Source: Escherichia phage vb_EcoM-VR5. From it: DNA of 64,000 bases. Position numbers and translations under genes: made by a program. The notes beneath the pieces were generated by a model that saw only the letters and a list, made by a program, of their open reading frames with translations, was not told the DNA's origin and searched no databases. Positions 1 through 10,275 of the stretch are shown here, piece after piece. The DNA lies in the sequence record NC_028881.1, one strand, 5' to 3'. Numbering within the stretch: the first letter of the stretch is position 1; every line of letters begins with the position of its first letter.

Positions 1-1204
1 TCGTGCTTCTATTGCCAAGGCGGTATTTAATTACGGTCCACAAACAGATGACCAATATGCTATTATTGTTAGACGCGATGGTGCTATCGTAGAATCTGTC
101 GTACTTTCTACCAAAGAAGGTGAAAAAGACGTTTACGGTAATAACATTTATCTTGATGATTATTTCGCTAAAGGTACTTCTAACTATATTTTTGCTACCT
201 CTTTGAATTGGCCTAAAGGCTTTAGTGGTATCATCAATCTTATGGGTGGTGTATCTGCGAACGATCAAGTTACTGCCGGTGATTTGATGCAGGGTTGGGA
301 TTTGTTTGCTGATCGCGAAGCATTACACATTAACCTGCTTATTGCTGGTGCTGTTGCAGGTGAAGGTGATGAAGTAGCTTCTACTGTTCAGAAACATGTT
401 GTGAGCATTGCTGATGAACGCCAGGATTGCTTAGCATTTATTTCTCCTCCTAAAGGACTGTTGGTTAACGTTCCACTGACTCGTGCAGTAGATAACCTTA
501 TTGACTGGCGTACAGGTGGCGGCACATTCGATACTAACAACATGAACATCAGTACTACTTATGCTGCTATTGACGGTAACTATAAATATCAGTATGACAA
601 ATATAACGACGTAAACCGTTGGGTACCACTGGCCGCCGATATGGCAGGTTTGTGTGCTCGTACCGATGATGTGGCTCAACCTTGGATGTCTCCTGCCGGT
701 TATAACCGTGGTCAGATTCTTAACGTTCTGAAATTGGCAATTGAACCGCGTCAAGCACAACGTGACCGCATGTACCAGGAAGCTATTAACCCGGTTGTTG
801 GTTTTGCTGGCGGTGATGGTTTCGTATTGTTTGGTGATAAGACTGCAACTAAAGTTCCATCTCCGATGGACCATATTAACGTTCGCCGTCTGTTCAACAT
901 GCTTAAGAAAAATATTGGTGATGCCTCTAAATATAAACTGTTTGAGTTGAACGATAACTTCACTCGTTCAAGCTTCCGTATGGAAGTTTCTCAGTACTTA
1001 GATGGTATTAAGGCACTTGGTGGGATTTATGAAGGACGTGTGGTTTGTGATACTACAGTGAACACCCCTGCGGTTATTGACCGTAACGAGTTTATTGCTA
1101 ATATCTATGTTAAGCCTGCTCGTTCTATTAACTACATCACGTTGAACTTCGTTGCAACGAGTACTGGTGCTGATTTTGATGAATTGATTGGACCGCTAGT
1201 ATAA
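1..1204 (+). CDS. 18: Tail sheath protein gp18, C-terminal part (gene begins upstream of window)
   Basis: Reading frame is open from window position 2 and continues into the listed ORF 203..1204; sits immediately upstream of the tail tube gene as in T4. Confidence 0.75.
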   Translation, partial: RASIAKAVFNYGPQTDDQYAIIVRRDGAIVESVVLSTKEGEKDVYGNNIYLDDYFAKGTSNYIFATSLNWPKGFSGIINLMGGVSANDQVTAGDLMQGWDLFADREALHINLLIAGAVAGEGDEVASTVQKHVVSIADERQDCLAFISPPKGLLVNVPLTRAVDNLIDWRTGGGTFDTNNMNISTTYAAIDGNYKYQYDKYNDVNRWVPLAADMAGLCARTDDVAQPWMSPAGYNRGQILNVLKLAIEPRQAQRDRMYQEAINPVVGFAGGDGFVLFGDKTATKVPSPMDHINVRRLFNMLKKNIGDASKYKLFELNDNFTRSSFRMEVSQYLDGIKALGGIYEGRVVCDTTVNTPAVIDRNEFIANIYVKPARSINYITLNFVATSTGADFDELIGPLV

Positions 1205-1330
1205 TCTATTATCCCAGGCTGTAATATAAAGGACCTAAAACCATTATACCATGTGTTTGGTTACAGCGTATATCACGCAGGAATTGCGCCTGGGATTGAT
1301 TAACTATCAGGAATATGATTTATCAACTGT

Positions 1331-1338
1331 TATAAATA
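1331..1338 (+). promoter_or_regulatory. T4-type late promoter (TATAAATA) for gene 19
   Basis: Exact TATAAATA about 40 nt upstream of the gene 19 start. Confidence 0.6.
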
Positions 1339-1378
1339 AATTAATCAGAACGTTCCTGGTGTGGCCAGGAACTGACTT

Positions 1379-1882
1379 ATGAGGCATCCCATGGAGTTGA
1401 CAGATATCACTCGTGCGTTTGAGTCAGGTGACTTTGCACGCCCTAACCTTTTCGAAGTGGAAATTCCATTTCTTGGTAAAAACTTTAGCTTTAAATGTAA
1501 AGCAGCACCTATGCCGGCTGGCATTGTAGAAAAAGTACCAGTTGGCTACATGAACCGTAAAATTAACGTAGCTGGTGACCGTACATTTGATGATTGGACC
1601 ATTACCATTTATAACGATGATGCTCATGACACCCGTCAGGCAATTGTTGATTGGCAGAACCTCTGTCATGGTATGACTAATGAAATTACCGGTGCTGCAC
1701 CTGCAGAATATAAGAAACAAGCAATTGTTCGTCAGTTCCACCGTGACGGCAAAACTGTGACTAAAGAAGTTACAATTTACGGCTTATGGCCTACTAACGT
1801 TGGTGAAGTCCAGATGGATTGGGATTCAAACAACGAGGTAGAAACTTTCGAATCTACGTTCGCTATCGATTGGTGGGAATGA
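1379..1882 (+). CDS. 19: Tail tube protein gp19
   Basis: 167 aa; sequence (TRAFESGDFARPNLF...KINVAGDRTFDDWT...GLWPTNVGE) matches T4 gp19 from memory; TATAAATA late promoter upstream. The true start may be the ATG 12 nt downstream (MELTDI). Confidence 0.9.
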   Translation: MRHPMELTDITRAFESGDFARPNLFEVEIPFLGKNFSFKCKAAPMPAGIVEKVPVGYMNRKINVAGDRTFDDWTITIYNDDAHDTRQAIVDWQNLCHGMTNEITGAAPAEYKKQAIVRQFHRDGKTVTKEVTIYGLWPTNVGEVQMDWDSNNEVETFESTFAIDWWE

Positions 1883-1883
1883 G

Positions 1884-1891
1884 TATAAATA
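1884..1891 (+). promoter_or_regulatory. T4-type late promoter (TATAAATA) for gene 20
   Basis: Exact TATAAATA between genes 19 and 20. Confidence 0.6.
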
Positions 1892-1901
1892 GAACTATAA
1901 A

Positions 1902-1921
1902 GGAGCTTCGGCTCCTTATCC
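1902..1921 (+). terminator. Hairpin GGAGC-TTCG-GCTCC after gene 19
   Basis: GC stem with UUCG tetraloop seen directly; lies between the late promoter and the gp20 start, so may be a leader or processing element rather than a terminator. Confidence 0.4.
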
Positions 1922-1939
1922 CATTCATCGGAGACTCTA

Positions 1940-3514
1940 ATGGCAAACTTTAATACAATATTAAGTTTTCTTAAGCCATGGGCTAATGAAGACGAAAAAG
2001 AATATAAACAACAATTAAATAACAATTTAGAGTCTGTCACTGCACCTAAGCTTGATGATGGCGCTCGCGAAATTGAAACCCAAGAGCAAAATATCCCTTA
2101 TAACGCTCTTATGCAACAAATGTTTGGTAGTAATGAGCCTGAAGTAAAAAACACCAGGGAACTCATTGATACCTACCGTAATTTGATGAATAACTATGAA
2201 GTCGATAATGCAGTTCAAGAAATTGTGTCCGATGCTATTGTCTACGAGGATGATAAAGAAGTAGTTGCATTAAATTTAGACGGGACAGATTTCAGTCAAG
2301 GGATTAAAGATAAAATTCTAGACGAATTCAGTGAAGTTTTGAATCTTTTAAATTTCCAACGTAAAGGCACCGACCATTTCCAGCGTTGGTATGTAGACTC
2401 GAGAATATTCTTTCATAAAATTATAAACCCTAAAAAAATGAAAGATGGTGTACAAGAGCTCCGTCGTTTAGACCCTCGCCAACTCCAATATATCCGTGAA
2501 ATTGTTACACGTATGGAAGACGGTGTTAAAATTGTAGACGGATATCGCGAGTTTTTCGTTTACGATACAGGTCATGAAAGTTATTGTGCTGATGGACGCG
2601 TTTATTCAGCTGGGACTAAAGTTAAAATTCCTCGTGCCGCTGTGGTTTATGCACATTCCGGATTATTAGATTGTTGTGGTAAAAACATCATAGGTTATTT
2701 GCAACGGGCTATCAAACCTGCAAACCAGCTTAAATTGATGGAAGACGCAATGGTCATCTATCGTATTACCCGTGCTCCAGACCGTCGTGTATTTTATATC
2801 GATACAGGAAATATGCCTTCTCGTAAGGCCGCAGCACAAATGCAACATATCATGAACACGATGAAAAACCGTGTAGTATATGATGCTTCGACAGGTAAAA
2901 TTAAAAACCAACAACACAATATGTCAATGACTGAAGACTATTGGTTGCAACGTCGAGACGGTAAAGCAGTTACAGAAGTTGATACCATGCCAGGTGCCAC
3001 AGGTATGAGTGATATGGATGACGTTCTTTATTTCCGCACAGCACTTTATCGTGCGCTGCGTATCCCAGAGTCACGTATCCCTAGTGAATCTAATTCCGGC
3101 GTTATGTTTGATGCTGGCACGGCTATAACTCGTGATGAGTTGAAATTTGCTAAATGGATTCGTCAGCTCCAAAATAAATTCGAAGAAATTTTCTTAGACC
3201 CATTAAAAACAAACCTCATTCTTAAAAAGATTATTACAGAAGATGAGTGGGAAAGAGAAATAAATAATATTAAAGTTACGTTCAATCGTGATAGCTATTT
3301 CAGTGAAATGAAAGATGCTGAAATCATGGAACGCAGAATCAATATGCTAACGATGGCTGAACCATTTATTGGTAAGTATATTTCACATCAAACGGCTATG
3401 AAAGATTTCCTTCAGATGACTGACGAAGAAATTAATCAAGAAGCTAAGCAAATTGAAGAAGAGTCTAAAGAGGCTCGTTTCCAAAACCCAGATGAAGAAG
3501 AAGAGGATTTCTAA
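1940..3514 (+). CDS. 20: Portal vertex protein gp20
   Basis: 524 aa, the size and position of T4 gp20; late promoter upstream. Confidence 0.9.
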   Translation: MANFNTILSFLKPWANEDEKEYKQQLNNNLESVTAPKLDDGAREIETQEQNIPYNALMQQMFGSNEPEVKNTRELIDTYRNLMNNYEVDNAVQEIVSDAIVYEDDKEVVALNLDGTDFSQGIKDKILDEFSEVLNLLNFQRKGTDHFQRWYVDSRIFFHKIINPKKMKDGVQELRRLDPRQLQYIREIVTRMEDGVKIVDGYREFFVYDTGHESYCADGRVYSAGTKVKIPRAAVVYAHSGLLDCCGKNIIGYLQRAIKPANQLKLMEDAMVIYRITRAPDRRVFYIDTGNMPSRKAAAQMQHIMNTMKNRVVYDASTGKIKNQQHNMSMTEDYWLQRRDGKAVTEVDTMPGATGMSDMDDVLYFRTALYRALRIPESRIPSESNSGVMFDAGTAITRDELKFAKWIRQLQNKFEEIFLDPLKTNLILKKIITEDEWEREINNIKVTFNRDSYFSEMKDAEIMERRINMLTMAEPFIGKYISHQTAMKDFLQMTDEEINQEAKQIEEESKEARFQNPDEEEEDF

Positions 3515-3780
3515 TGGAAGATTTAATCGAAGCTATTAAATCAAACGACCTCGTAGCAGTTCGTAAAGCAGCAGCCCCGCTTATCGAATCTCGAGTAGCC
3601 GCTTTGATTGAAGCCCGTAAAGCAGAAATTGCTCGCTCCGTTATGATTGAAGGCGAAGAAGCCGAAGATGACGAAGACGAAGATAAAGACGAAAAATCCG
3701 ATAAAGCAGATAAGAAAGACAAAAAAGAATCTGATGATGCGGATGAAGGTGATGATGGCGATGACGAGGACGACGAATAA
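3514..3780 (+). CDS. 67: Prohead core protein gp67-like (acidic C-terminus)
   Basis: 88 aa with a strongly acidic D/E/K-rich tail; lies between the portal and gp68/gp21 genes as in T4. Confidence 0.7.
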   Translation: MEDLIEAIKSNDLVAVRKAAAPLIESRVAALIEARKAEIARSVMIEGEEAEDDEDEDKDEKSDKADKKDKKESDDADEGDDGDDEDDE

Positions 3781-4208
3781 TGTTCCTTATCCCTGATGAT
3801 TACGAATTAACTCTAGAAAGTGTAGAGGCCAAAATTCCAGAAGCACAGGGACGTTTTGCTGCTCTTTCTGAAGCCCTCGAGAAAAGCGATATAAATAATC
3901 TTGTAGAGAACATGATTGCTGATGGTGATATTGATACAGCTATTGCCATCGCCTCTTTGAATGAAAATATGGCTCTTAACGAATTTATCGTTAAGCACGT
4001 CTCCTCTAAAGGTGAGCTTACTCGTACTAAAGATATTAAAACCCGTCAACGCAACGCCTATCAAACGACTGGGTTATCTAAAGCAAAACGCCGTCAGATT
4101 GCTCGCAAAGCATCTAAAACCAAGCGTGCTAATCCATCTACTCAAGTACGTGCCGAACGTAAGCGTAAAAAAGCTCGTTCTAAACGTAAAGCCTTTGGAC
4201 TTAACTAA
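3780..4208 (+). CDS. 68: Prohead core protein gp68-like
   Basis: 142 aa with a basic C-terminus; position between gp67 and the prohead protease. Confidence 0.7.
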   Translation: MFLIPDDYELTLESVEAKIPEAQGRFAALSEALEKSDINNLVENMIADGDIDTAIAIASLNENMALNEFIVKHVSSKGELTRTKDIKTRQRNAYQTTGLSKAKRRQIARKASKTKRANPSTQVRAERKRKKARSKRKAFGLN

Positions 4209-4843
4209 TGAAACCTGAATTGCTCATCGAACATTGGGGACAACCAGGTGAAATTATCGATGGGGTTCCTATGTTGGAATCTCATGATGGAAAAAATTCT
4301 GGACTTGCCCCAGGCCTTTATATAGAAGGCATATTCATGCAAGCCGAAGTAGTTAACCGTAATAAACGTCTTTATCCAAAACCTATTTTGGAAAAAGCGG
4401 TAGCCAACTATATGGCTGAACAGGTTGCTACTAAACAAGCTTTAGGAGAATTAAACCATCCGCCGCGTGCTAACGTTGACCCTATGCAAGCCGCTATTAT
4501 TATTGAAGATATGTGGTGGAAAGGTAATGACGTTTATGGACGTGCTCGTATTATTGAAGGCGACCATGGTCCTGGTGATAAACTAGCTGCTAATATTAGA
4601 GCCGGTTGGGTGCCTGGTGTTAGTTCTCGTGGTCTAGGTTCTTTAACCGAAACCAATAAAGGATATAAGCGTGTAAACGAAGGTTATAAATTAACCGTCG
4701 GTGTTGATGCAGTATGGGGCCCTTCTGCTCCGGATGCTTATGTAACGCCGAAACAAATTACAGAATCACAAACGGTAGAAACCGATACCAGTGCCGATGA
4801 CGCCTTTATGGCTCTCGCAGAGGCCATGAAAAAAGCGTTATAA
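4208..4843 (+). CDS. 21: Prohead core protease gp21
   Basis: 211 aa; position and size match T4 gp21. Confidence 0.85.
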   Translation: MKPELLIEHWGQPGEIIDGVPMLESHDGKNSGLAPGLYIEGIFMQAEVVNRNKRLYPKPILEKAVANYMAEQVATKQALGELNHPPRANVDPMQAAIIIEDMWWKGNDVYGRARIIEGDHGPGDKLAANIRAGWVPGVSSRGLGSLTETNKGYKRVNEGYKLTVGVDAVWGPSAPDAYVTPKQITESQTVETDTSADDAFMALAEAMKKAL

Positions 4844-4846
4844 ATA
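4839..4846 (+). promoter_or_regulatory. T4-type late promoter (TATAAATA) for gene 22
   Basis: Exact TATAAATA overlapping the gp21 stop, about 28 nt before the gp22 ATG. Confidence 0.6.
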
Positions 4847-4873
4847 TTATTATCTAAACAACAGGACTACAAA

Positions 4874-5689
4874 ATGCTTAAAGAACAACTGATCGCCGAA
4901 GCACAGAATATTGATGCTTCCGTTGCTCTTGATAGTATTTTCGAATCAGTTAATATTTCTCCGGAAGCAAAAGAAACTTTCGGCACTGTATTCGAAGCTA
5001 CCGTCAAGCAACACGCCGTGAAACTGGCTGAATCTCACATCGCTAAAATCGCTGAGAAAGCGGAAGAAGAAGTTGAGAAAAATAAAGAAGAAGCTGAAGA
5101 TAAAGCTGATAAGAAAATCCAAGAAGCTGCTGGTCGTTTCCTTGACCACGTCGCTAAAGAATGGATGGCTGAAAACCAGCTGGCTGTTGATAAAGGTATT
5201 AAAGCCGAACTGTTCGAATCCATGTTGATGGGTATGAAAGAACTGTTTGTTGAACACAATGTGGTTGTTCCAGAAGAAGCAGTAGATGTTGTTGCTGAAA
5301 TGGAAGAAGAACTGGCTGAACAGAAAGCCGAAACCGCTAGTCTGTTCGAAGAAGTTTCTAAGCGTGATGCTTATATCAATTATGTCCAACGTGAAGTTGC
5401 GTTGACTGAAGCAACTAAAGACCTGACTGAATCCCAGAAAGAAAAAGTTGGTTCTCTGGTAGAAGGCATGGATTATTCCGATGCATTTGGTAAAAAAATT
5501 GGCGCTATCGTTGAAATGGTTAAGGGTCAGACCGACGTTGAAAAACCAATCACTGAAGCCGCTATAAATAAAACTGAAGACGATGCTGCAGCACTGAATT
5601 ATATTTCGGAAGCAGTTGAAGAAAAAGGCGCTAAGCCTACCCTGTCCTTCGCGGACCTGTCTGCAATCGCAGCATCTCGAATTTCTTAA
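4874..5689 (+). CDS. 22: Prohead core scaffold protein gp22
   Basis: 271 aa, acidic, E/K/A-rich coiled-coil-like composition; TATAAATA at 4839-4846; immediately upstream of the major capsid gene. Confidence 0.85.
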   Translation: MLKEQLIAEAQNIDASVALDSIFESVNISPEAKETFGTVFEATVKQHAVKLAESHIAKIAEKAEEEVEKNKEEAEDKADKKIQEAAGRFLDHVAKEWMAENQLAVDKGIKAELFESMLMGMKELFVEHNVVVPEEAVDVVAEMEEELAEQKAETASLFEEVSKRDAYINYVQREVALTEATKDLTESQKEKVGSLVEGMDYSDAFGKKIGAIVEMVKGQTDVEKPITEAAINKTEDDAAALNYISEAVEEKGAKPTLSFADLSAIAASRIS

Positions 5690-5710
5690 TTTAATAAGGT
5701 TATACAACAC

Positions 5711-7270
5711 ATGAAAAAGAATGCATTAGTACAAAAATGGTCCGCTCTGCTGGAAAACGAAGCTCTTCCTGAAATCGTTGGTGCTTCTAAACAAGCTATC
5801 ATCGCTAAAATCTTTGAAAACCAGGAACAAGATATTCTGACCGCTCCTGAATATCGTGACGAAAAAATCTCCGAAGCATTTGGTTCTTTCCTGACTGAAG
5901 CTGAAATCGGTGGTGACCACGGTTATGATGCTACCAATATCGCAGCTGGCCAGACCTCTGGTGCAGTAACTCAGATTGGGCCGGCAGTTATGGGTATGGT
6001 TCGTCGTGCTATTCCTCATCTGATTGCTTTTGATATTTGTGGTGTCCAGCCTCTGAATAACCCTACCGGCCAGGTATTTGCCCTGCGTGCAGTTTACGGT
6101 AAAGACCCTGTAGCTGCTGGTGCTAAAGAAGCTTTCCACCCGATGTATGCTCCGAACGCTATGTTCTCTGGTCAGGGCGCTGCTGAAGCTTTCGAAGCTC
6201 TGGCTGCAAGCAAAGTTCTTACCGTTGGTAAAATTTATTCTCACTTCTTCGAAGCAACCGGTTCTGCACACTTCCAGGCTGTTGAAGCTGTAACCGTTGA
6301 TGCCGCCGCTACTGATGCCGCTAAACTTGACGCTGAAGTTACCAAACTGCTCGAAGCTGGTAAGCTGGCAGAAATCGCTGAAGGTATGGCTACTTCTATC
6401 GCCGAACTTCAGGAAGGCTTTAACGGTTCCCAGGATAACCCGTGGAACGAAATGGGCTTCCGCATCGATAAACAAGTTATCGAAGCTAAATCCCGTCAGC
6501 TGAAAGCAAGCTACTCCATCGAACTGGCACAGGACCTTCGTGCAGTACACGGTATGGATGCAGATGCTGAACTGAGTGGTATTCTTGCTACTGAAATTAT
6601 GTTGGAAATCAACCGTGAAGTTATCGATTGGATTAACTATTCTGCACAGGTTGGTAAATCTGGTATGACCAACACCGTTGGCGCTAAAGCTGGTGTGTTT
6701 GACTTCCAGGACCCGATTGATATCCGTGGTGCTCGTTGGGCCGGTGAAAGCTTTAAAGCTCTCCTGTTCCAGATTGATAAAGAAGCCGCCGAAATCGCTC
6801 GTCAGACCGGTCGTGGTGCTGGTAACTTCATCATCGCTTCCCGTAACGTAGTTAACGTACTGGCTGCAGTTGATACTTCTGTAAGTTATGCCGCTCAGGG
6901 TCTTGGTCAAGGTTTCAACGTTGACACCACTAAAGCAGTATTTGCCGGTGTTCTTGGTGGTAAATATCGCGTTTACATCGACCAGTATGCTCGTGCTGAT
7001 TACTTCACCATCGGTTATAAAGGTTCTAACGAAATGGACGCAGGTATCTACTATGCTCCTTACGTTGCACTGACCCCACTGCGTGGTTCCGATCCGAAGA
7101 ACTTCCAGCCGGTAATGGGCTTCAAAACTCGTTACGGTATCGGTATTAACCCGTTCGCTGACCCAGCTGCTCAGGCACCTACCAAACGTATTCAGAATGG
7201 TATGCCGGACATCGTTAACAGCCTCGGTCTGAATGGTTACTTCCGTCGTGTTTACGTTAAAGGTATCTAA
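5711..7270 (+). CDS. 23: Major capsid protein gp23
   Basis: 519 aa; matches T4 gp23 in size, position and sequence character; followed by a strong hairpin. Confidence 0.95.
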   Translation: MKKNALVQKWSALLENEALPEIVGASKQAIIAKIFENQEQDILTAPEYRDEKISEAFGSFLTEAEIGGDHGYDATNIAAGQTSGAVTQIGPAVMGMVRRAIPHLIAFDICGVQPLNNPTGQVFALRAVYGKDPVAAGAKEAFHPMYAPNAMFSGQGAAEAFEALAASKVLTVGKIYSHFFEATGSAHFQAVEAVTVDAAATDAAKLDAEVTKLLEAGKLAEIAEGMATSIAELQEGFNGSQDNPWNEMGFRIDKQVIEAKSRQLKASYSIELAQDLRAVHGMDADAELSGILATEIMLEINREVIDWINYSAQVGKSGMTNTVGAKAGVFDFQDPIDIRGARWAGESFKALLFQIDKEAAEIARQTGRGAGNFIIASRNVVNVLAAVDTSVSYAAQGLGQGFNVDTTKAVFAGVLGGKYRVYIDQYARADYFTIGYKGSNEMDAGIYYAPYVALTPLRGSDPKNFQPVMGFKTRYGIGINPFADPAAQAPTKRIQNGMPDIVNSLGLNGYFRRVYVKGI

Positions 7271-7286
7271 GACATAACCTTATTAT

Positions 7287-7315
7287 GGGAGACTTCGGTC
7301 TCCCATTCTTGTTTC
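7287..7315. terminator. Hairpin GGGAGAC-TTCG-GTCTCCC after gene 23
   Basis: 7-bp GC stem with UUCG loop followed by a T-rich run; sits between convergent gp23 and the antisense gene. Confidence 0.6.
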
Positions 7316-7319
7316 TGTA

Positions 7320-7586
7320 CTATACAATCTTGACTCGACGGTTGATAATATCGCGGAAGTCAATACGATTTTCTTGGATTTTCAACCAGTTACCAGATTT
7401 GTCTTTGGTGTGGGTAGAATATTCACCATTCCACCAGAAGTCAGTAGCATAAGTCATGGTTTCGTATTTCTTAACTAACGCATTAACTGCATTACCGTTA
7501 GGATTGCGGCCAAATTTTTCTACCAAGGCTTTGATGTCTTTATCAAGAGCTGAAAGTGTAGTACGAATAAAGTTTAACTTGTTCAT
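7320..7586 (-). CDS. Hypothetical small protein, antisense to the late capsid cluster
   Basis: About 88 aa taken from the internal ATG at 7584-7586; preceded on the minus strand by GAGGAG and an early-type promoter (GTTTAC/TACTAT). Confidence 0.5.
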   Translation of the reverse strand: MNKLNFIRTTLSALDKDIKALVEKFGRNPNGNAVNALVKKYETMTYATDFWWNGEYSTHTKDKSGNWLKIQENRIDFRDIINRRVKIV

Positions 7587-7615
7587 TTTTAATCTCCTCA
7601 TGTTTTGATAGGTTT

Positions 7616-7645
7616 ATAGTAACACGTGAGAACCTTGCTGTAAAC
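7616..7645 (-). promoter_or_regulatory. Early sigma70-like promoter for the antisense gene 7320..7586
   Basis: Minus strand GTTTAC, 18 nt, TACTAT, then leader with GAGGAG and ATG. Confidence 0.5.
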
Positions 7646-7651
7646 AACTTT

Positions 7652-7659
7652 TATAAATA
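7652..7659 (+). promoter_or_regulatory. T4-type late promoter (TATAAATA) for gene 24
   Basis: Exact TATAAATA about 29 nt upstream of the gp24 ATG. Confidence 0.6.
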
Positions 7660-7687
7660 AACATATACCCTCAATAAGGAAAGCGCA

Positions 7688-8968
7688 ATGGCAAAGATTA
7701 ACGAATTACTGCGCGAGTCAACAACTACTACCAGCAACTCATTGGGTCGCCCTAATCTTGTTGCTTTGACCCGTGCTACCACTAAACTAATTTATCGCGA
7801 TATCATCGCTGAACAGCGTACAAACCAGCCTATCGCTGCGTTATACGGTGTCAAATACCTTACCCCTGATAATGAATTTAGCTTCCAGACCGGTGCTACT
7901 TACGGTGGTGAAGTTGGTTCTAAAGACCGTGAAACTATCCCAGAATTAACAGATAAGTCCCAGGCTATTGCCAAGGGTGGCTACTTTAAGTATCAGAATG
8001 TGGTTTATAAGGCTTTGGTTGCAAGCCCACTCGCATCTACTAGCGCCATAGATTTGTCTGATGCTCTCCAAGAAGGTTTGGTGTCATTAACTTGCCGTCT
8101 TGTCCCTGATGCAGCTCATACCGAGAAATTCGAAGCTGGAGATGTTGAAATTAGTAATGCCGTGTTCCAGGTCAATAAATGGAACGCACCAGTTAAATCT
8201 CGTAAGCTGAAAACGGCTTTGACTGTAGAACTAGCCCAGGATATGGAATCTAATGGCTTTGATGCTCCAGCATTCCTTGAAGACCTCCTGGCTACAGTAA
8301 TGGCCGATGAAATTAACAAAGATGTTCTGCAGTCATTGATTACCGTATCTAAACGTTATAAAGTTACTGGTGTTTCTGATAACGGTATTATCGACCTTTC
8401 TTATGACTCTGCACCAGAATCTGCTCGTAAGCTGTACGAAATGGTTTGTGAAATGAATTCCGAAATCCAGAAAACAACTTCTTATTCCGCTACATTTGTT
8501 GTAGCTTCTTCACGTGTTGCTGCTATGCTTGCTGGTTCAGGTTGGTTAAAACACAAGCCGGAAGATGAGGCTTGGCTCCCGGAAACCGCGTATGGTTATT
8601 TGATTAATGGCTTACCTGTGTTCTGTGATGTGAATAGTCCATTGGATTATGTTACCGTAGGCGTTAAAGAAAACTATGGTGGTAATGAAGTTGTTGGTTC
8701 TATTTTCTATGCGCCGTATACTGAAGGCCTAGATTTAGATGATGAAGAACACGTCGGTGCTTATAAGGTAATTGTCGACCCAGACAGTTTACAACCTTCT
8801 ATTTCTCTGATGGTTCGTTATGCGTTGTCTGCCAACCCTTATACCGTAGCCAAAGATGATAAAGAAGCCCGTGTTATCGATGCAACTAATATGGACTTGA
8901 TGGCGGGCCAGAGCAATATGTCTTATCTGCTTGGTGTTAAATTGCCTAAAATAATTTATGAGGCGTAA
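7688..8968 (+). CDS. 24: Capsid vertex protein gp24 (T4-orthologous copy)
   Basis: 426 aa; N-terminus MAKINELLRESTTT...GRPNLVALTRATTKLIY matches T4 gp24 from memory; late promoter at 7652-7659. Confidence 0.9.
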   Translation: MAKINELLRESTTTTSNSLGRPNLVALTRATTKLIYRDIIAEQRTNQPIAALYGVKYLTPDNEFSFQTGATYGGEVGSKDRETIPELTDKSQAIAKGGYFKYQNVVYKALVASPLASTSAIDLSDALQEGLVSLTCRLVPDAAHTEKFEAGDVEISNAVFQVNKWNAPVKSRKLKTALTVELAQDMESNGFDAPAFLEDLLATVMADEINKDVLQSLITVSKRYKVTGVSDNGIIDLSYDSAPESARKLYEMVCEMNSEIQKTTSYSATFVVASSRVAAMLAGSGWLKHKPEDEAWLPETAYGYLINGLPVFCDVNSPLDYVTVGVKENYGGNEVVGSIFYAPYTEGLDLDDEEHVGAYKVIVDPDSLQPSISLMVRYALSANPYTVAKDDKEARVIDATNMDLMAGQSNMSYLLGVKLPKIIYEA

Positions 8969-10249
8969 ATGCAAAAGATTAACGCACTAATCCATGAATC
9001 AACTCTGACGGCGGCCAACTCGGTCGCTCGTCCTACTCTTCTCTCATATACTAAAGCTACTAACAAACGTATCTTTAAATCACTTGTAGCCGAACAAAAG
9101 ACACGCCAGCCTGTGGCGGCGCTTTATGGTATTCGTGTTCTGAACCCAGCAGATAAAATGACTTATCTTGGCGGCGCAACGTTTGCTGGTGAAATTGGTA
9201 TGTTTGAACGTTCTCAGATTCCAGAGGTAGTAGGTCCTAATGAAGCTTATGTCGTCGGTGATATGTTCCAATTTGAAAATGTTGTTTTCAAAGTACTAGA
9301 AGCATCTCCTTTCGCCGGTACAGCCGAAACTGAGATGGGTGAAGTTATTTCTGAAGCTATTGCTGCTGGTCATATTCGTATGGTTTCTGATGCGGCTCAG
9401 ACTTCTAAATTTGAAAAAGGTCATCCTGAGATTGCCGAAGCCGGATTCCGTATCGATAAATGGCAGACTGAAGTTAAATCTCGTAAGTTAAAAACTTCAT
9501 TAACTGTAGAACTAGCCCAAGACCTAGAATCCAATGGATTCAATGCCCCAGGATTTATCGAAGATATTCTTGGAATCCAGATGGCAGAGGAAATTAATAA
9601 GGACGTACTTCAGTCATTGATTACTGTAAGTTCCCGTTTTAAAGTCCAAGGTGTTTCTGAAAAAGGTGTTCTTAACCTTACAGACCCACAGTATGATAAT
9701 GCCCAAGACCGAGCTCGTACATTGTATTATTATATGTGTGAAATGAACTCAGCGGTCCAACGTAATACATCATTCGCTGGTACATATGCCGTAGCTAGTT
9801 CCCGTTGTGCCGCTATTCTTGCCGCGTCCGGCTGGGTCGAGAAAAAAGATGACCAAGACGAATTAGCTTATGGTGTTCTGAAGAACGGTCTACCACTTTA
9901 TGCTGATGTGAATAGTCCGTGTGATTATGTTATCGTCGGTGTGAATGCAGATATTGGTGAAGGACAGACGGTCGCATCTTTGTACTATGCGCCTTATGTG
10001 GAAGGCCTGGACAACGTAGATGATGAGGGTGATACTTCTGTAGGTGAATTCAAGGTTATCGTTGACCCTGAAAGCTTACAGCCTACCGTCGCCTTGTTGG
10101 CTCGATATGCACTGACAGCAAACCCGTATACCGTTGCCAAAGATGATAAAGAAGCTCGTATTATTGATGGGTCCGATATGGATAAGATGGCTAACCAAAG
10201 TCAATTGAGTTCTTATCTTGGTGTTAAACTTCCACCACTAGAAAAATAA
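8969..10249 (+). CDS. Capsid vertex protein gp24 paralog (second tandem copy)
   Basis: 426 aa, collinear with the preceding gp24 and sharing long identical motifs (KSRKLKT.LTVELAQD.ESNGF, EINKDVLQSLITVS, YALSANPYTVAKDDKEAR) but diverged elsewhere. Confidence 0.85.
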   Translation: MQKINALIHESTLTAANSVARPTLLSYTKATNKRIFKSLVAEQKTRQPVAALYGIRVLNPADKMTYLGGATFAGEIGMFERSQIPEVVGPNEAYVVGDMFQFENVVFKVLEASPFAGTAETEMGEVISEAIAAGHIRMVSDAAQTSKFEKGHPEIAEAGFRIDKWQTEVKSRKLKTSLTVELAQDLESNGFNAPGFIEDILGIQMAEEINKDVLQSLITVSSRFKVQGVSEKGVLNLTDPQYDNAQDRARTLYYYMCEMNSAVQRNTSFAGTYAVASSRCAAILAASGWVEKKDDQDELAYGVLKNGLPLYADVNSPCDYVIVGVNADIGEGQTVASLYYAPYVEGLDNVDDEGDTSVGEFKVIVDPESLQPTVALLARYALTANPYTVAKDDKEARIIDGSDMDKMANQSQLSSYLGVKLPPLEK

Positions 10250-10251
10250 AA

Positions 10252-10275
10252 GGGACCGTAAGGTCCCTTTATCGT
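10252..10275. terminator. Hairpin GGGACC-GTAA-GGTCCC between the gp24 paralog and rnlB
   Basis: Perfect 6-bp stem with tetraloop and flanking T-run, between convergent genes. Confidence 0.6.

Noticed and set aside
4946-5710. 254-aa minus-strand ORF opposite gene 22
   Set aside because: Antisense shadow of the scaffold gene; Phe/Ser-rich translation typical of the reverse frame of an E/K-rich gene.
5726-6910. 394-aa minus-strand ORF inside gene 23
   Set aside because: Lies entirely antisense within the major capsid gene, has no start signal or recognisable product, and has low-complexity composition; a shadow ORF.
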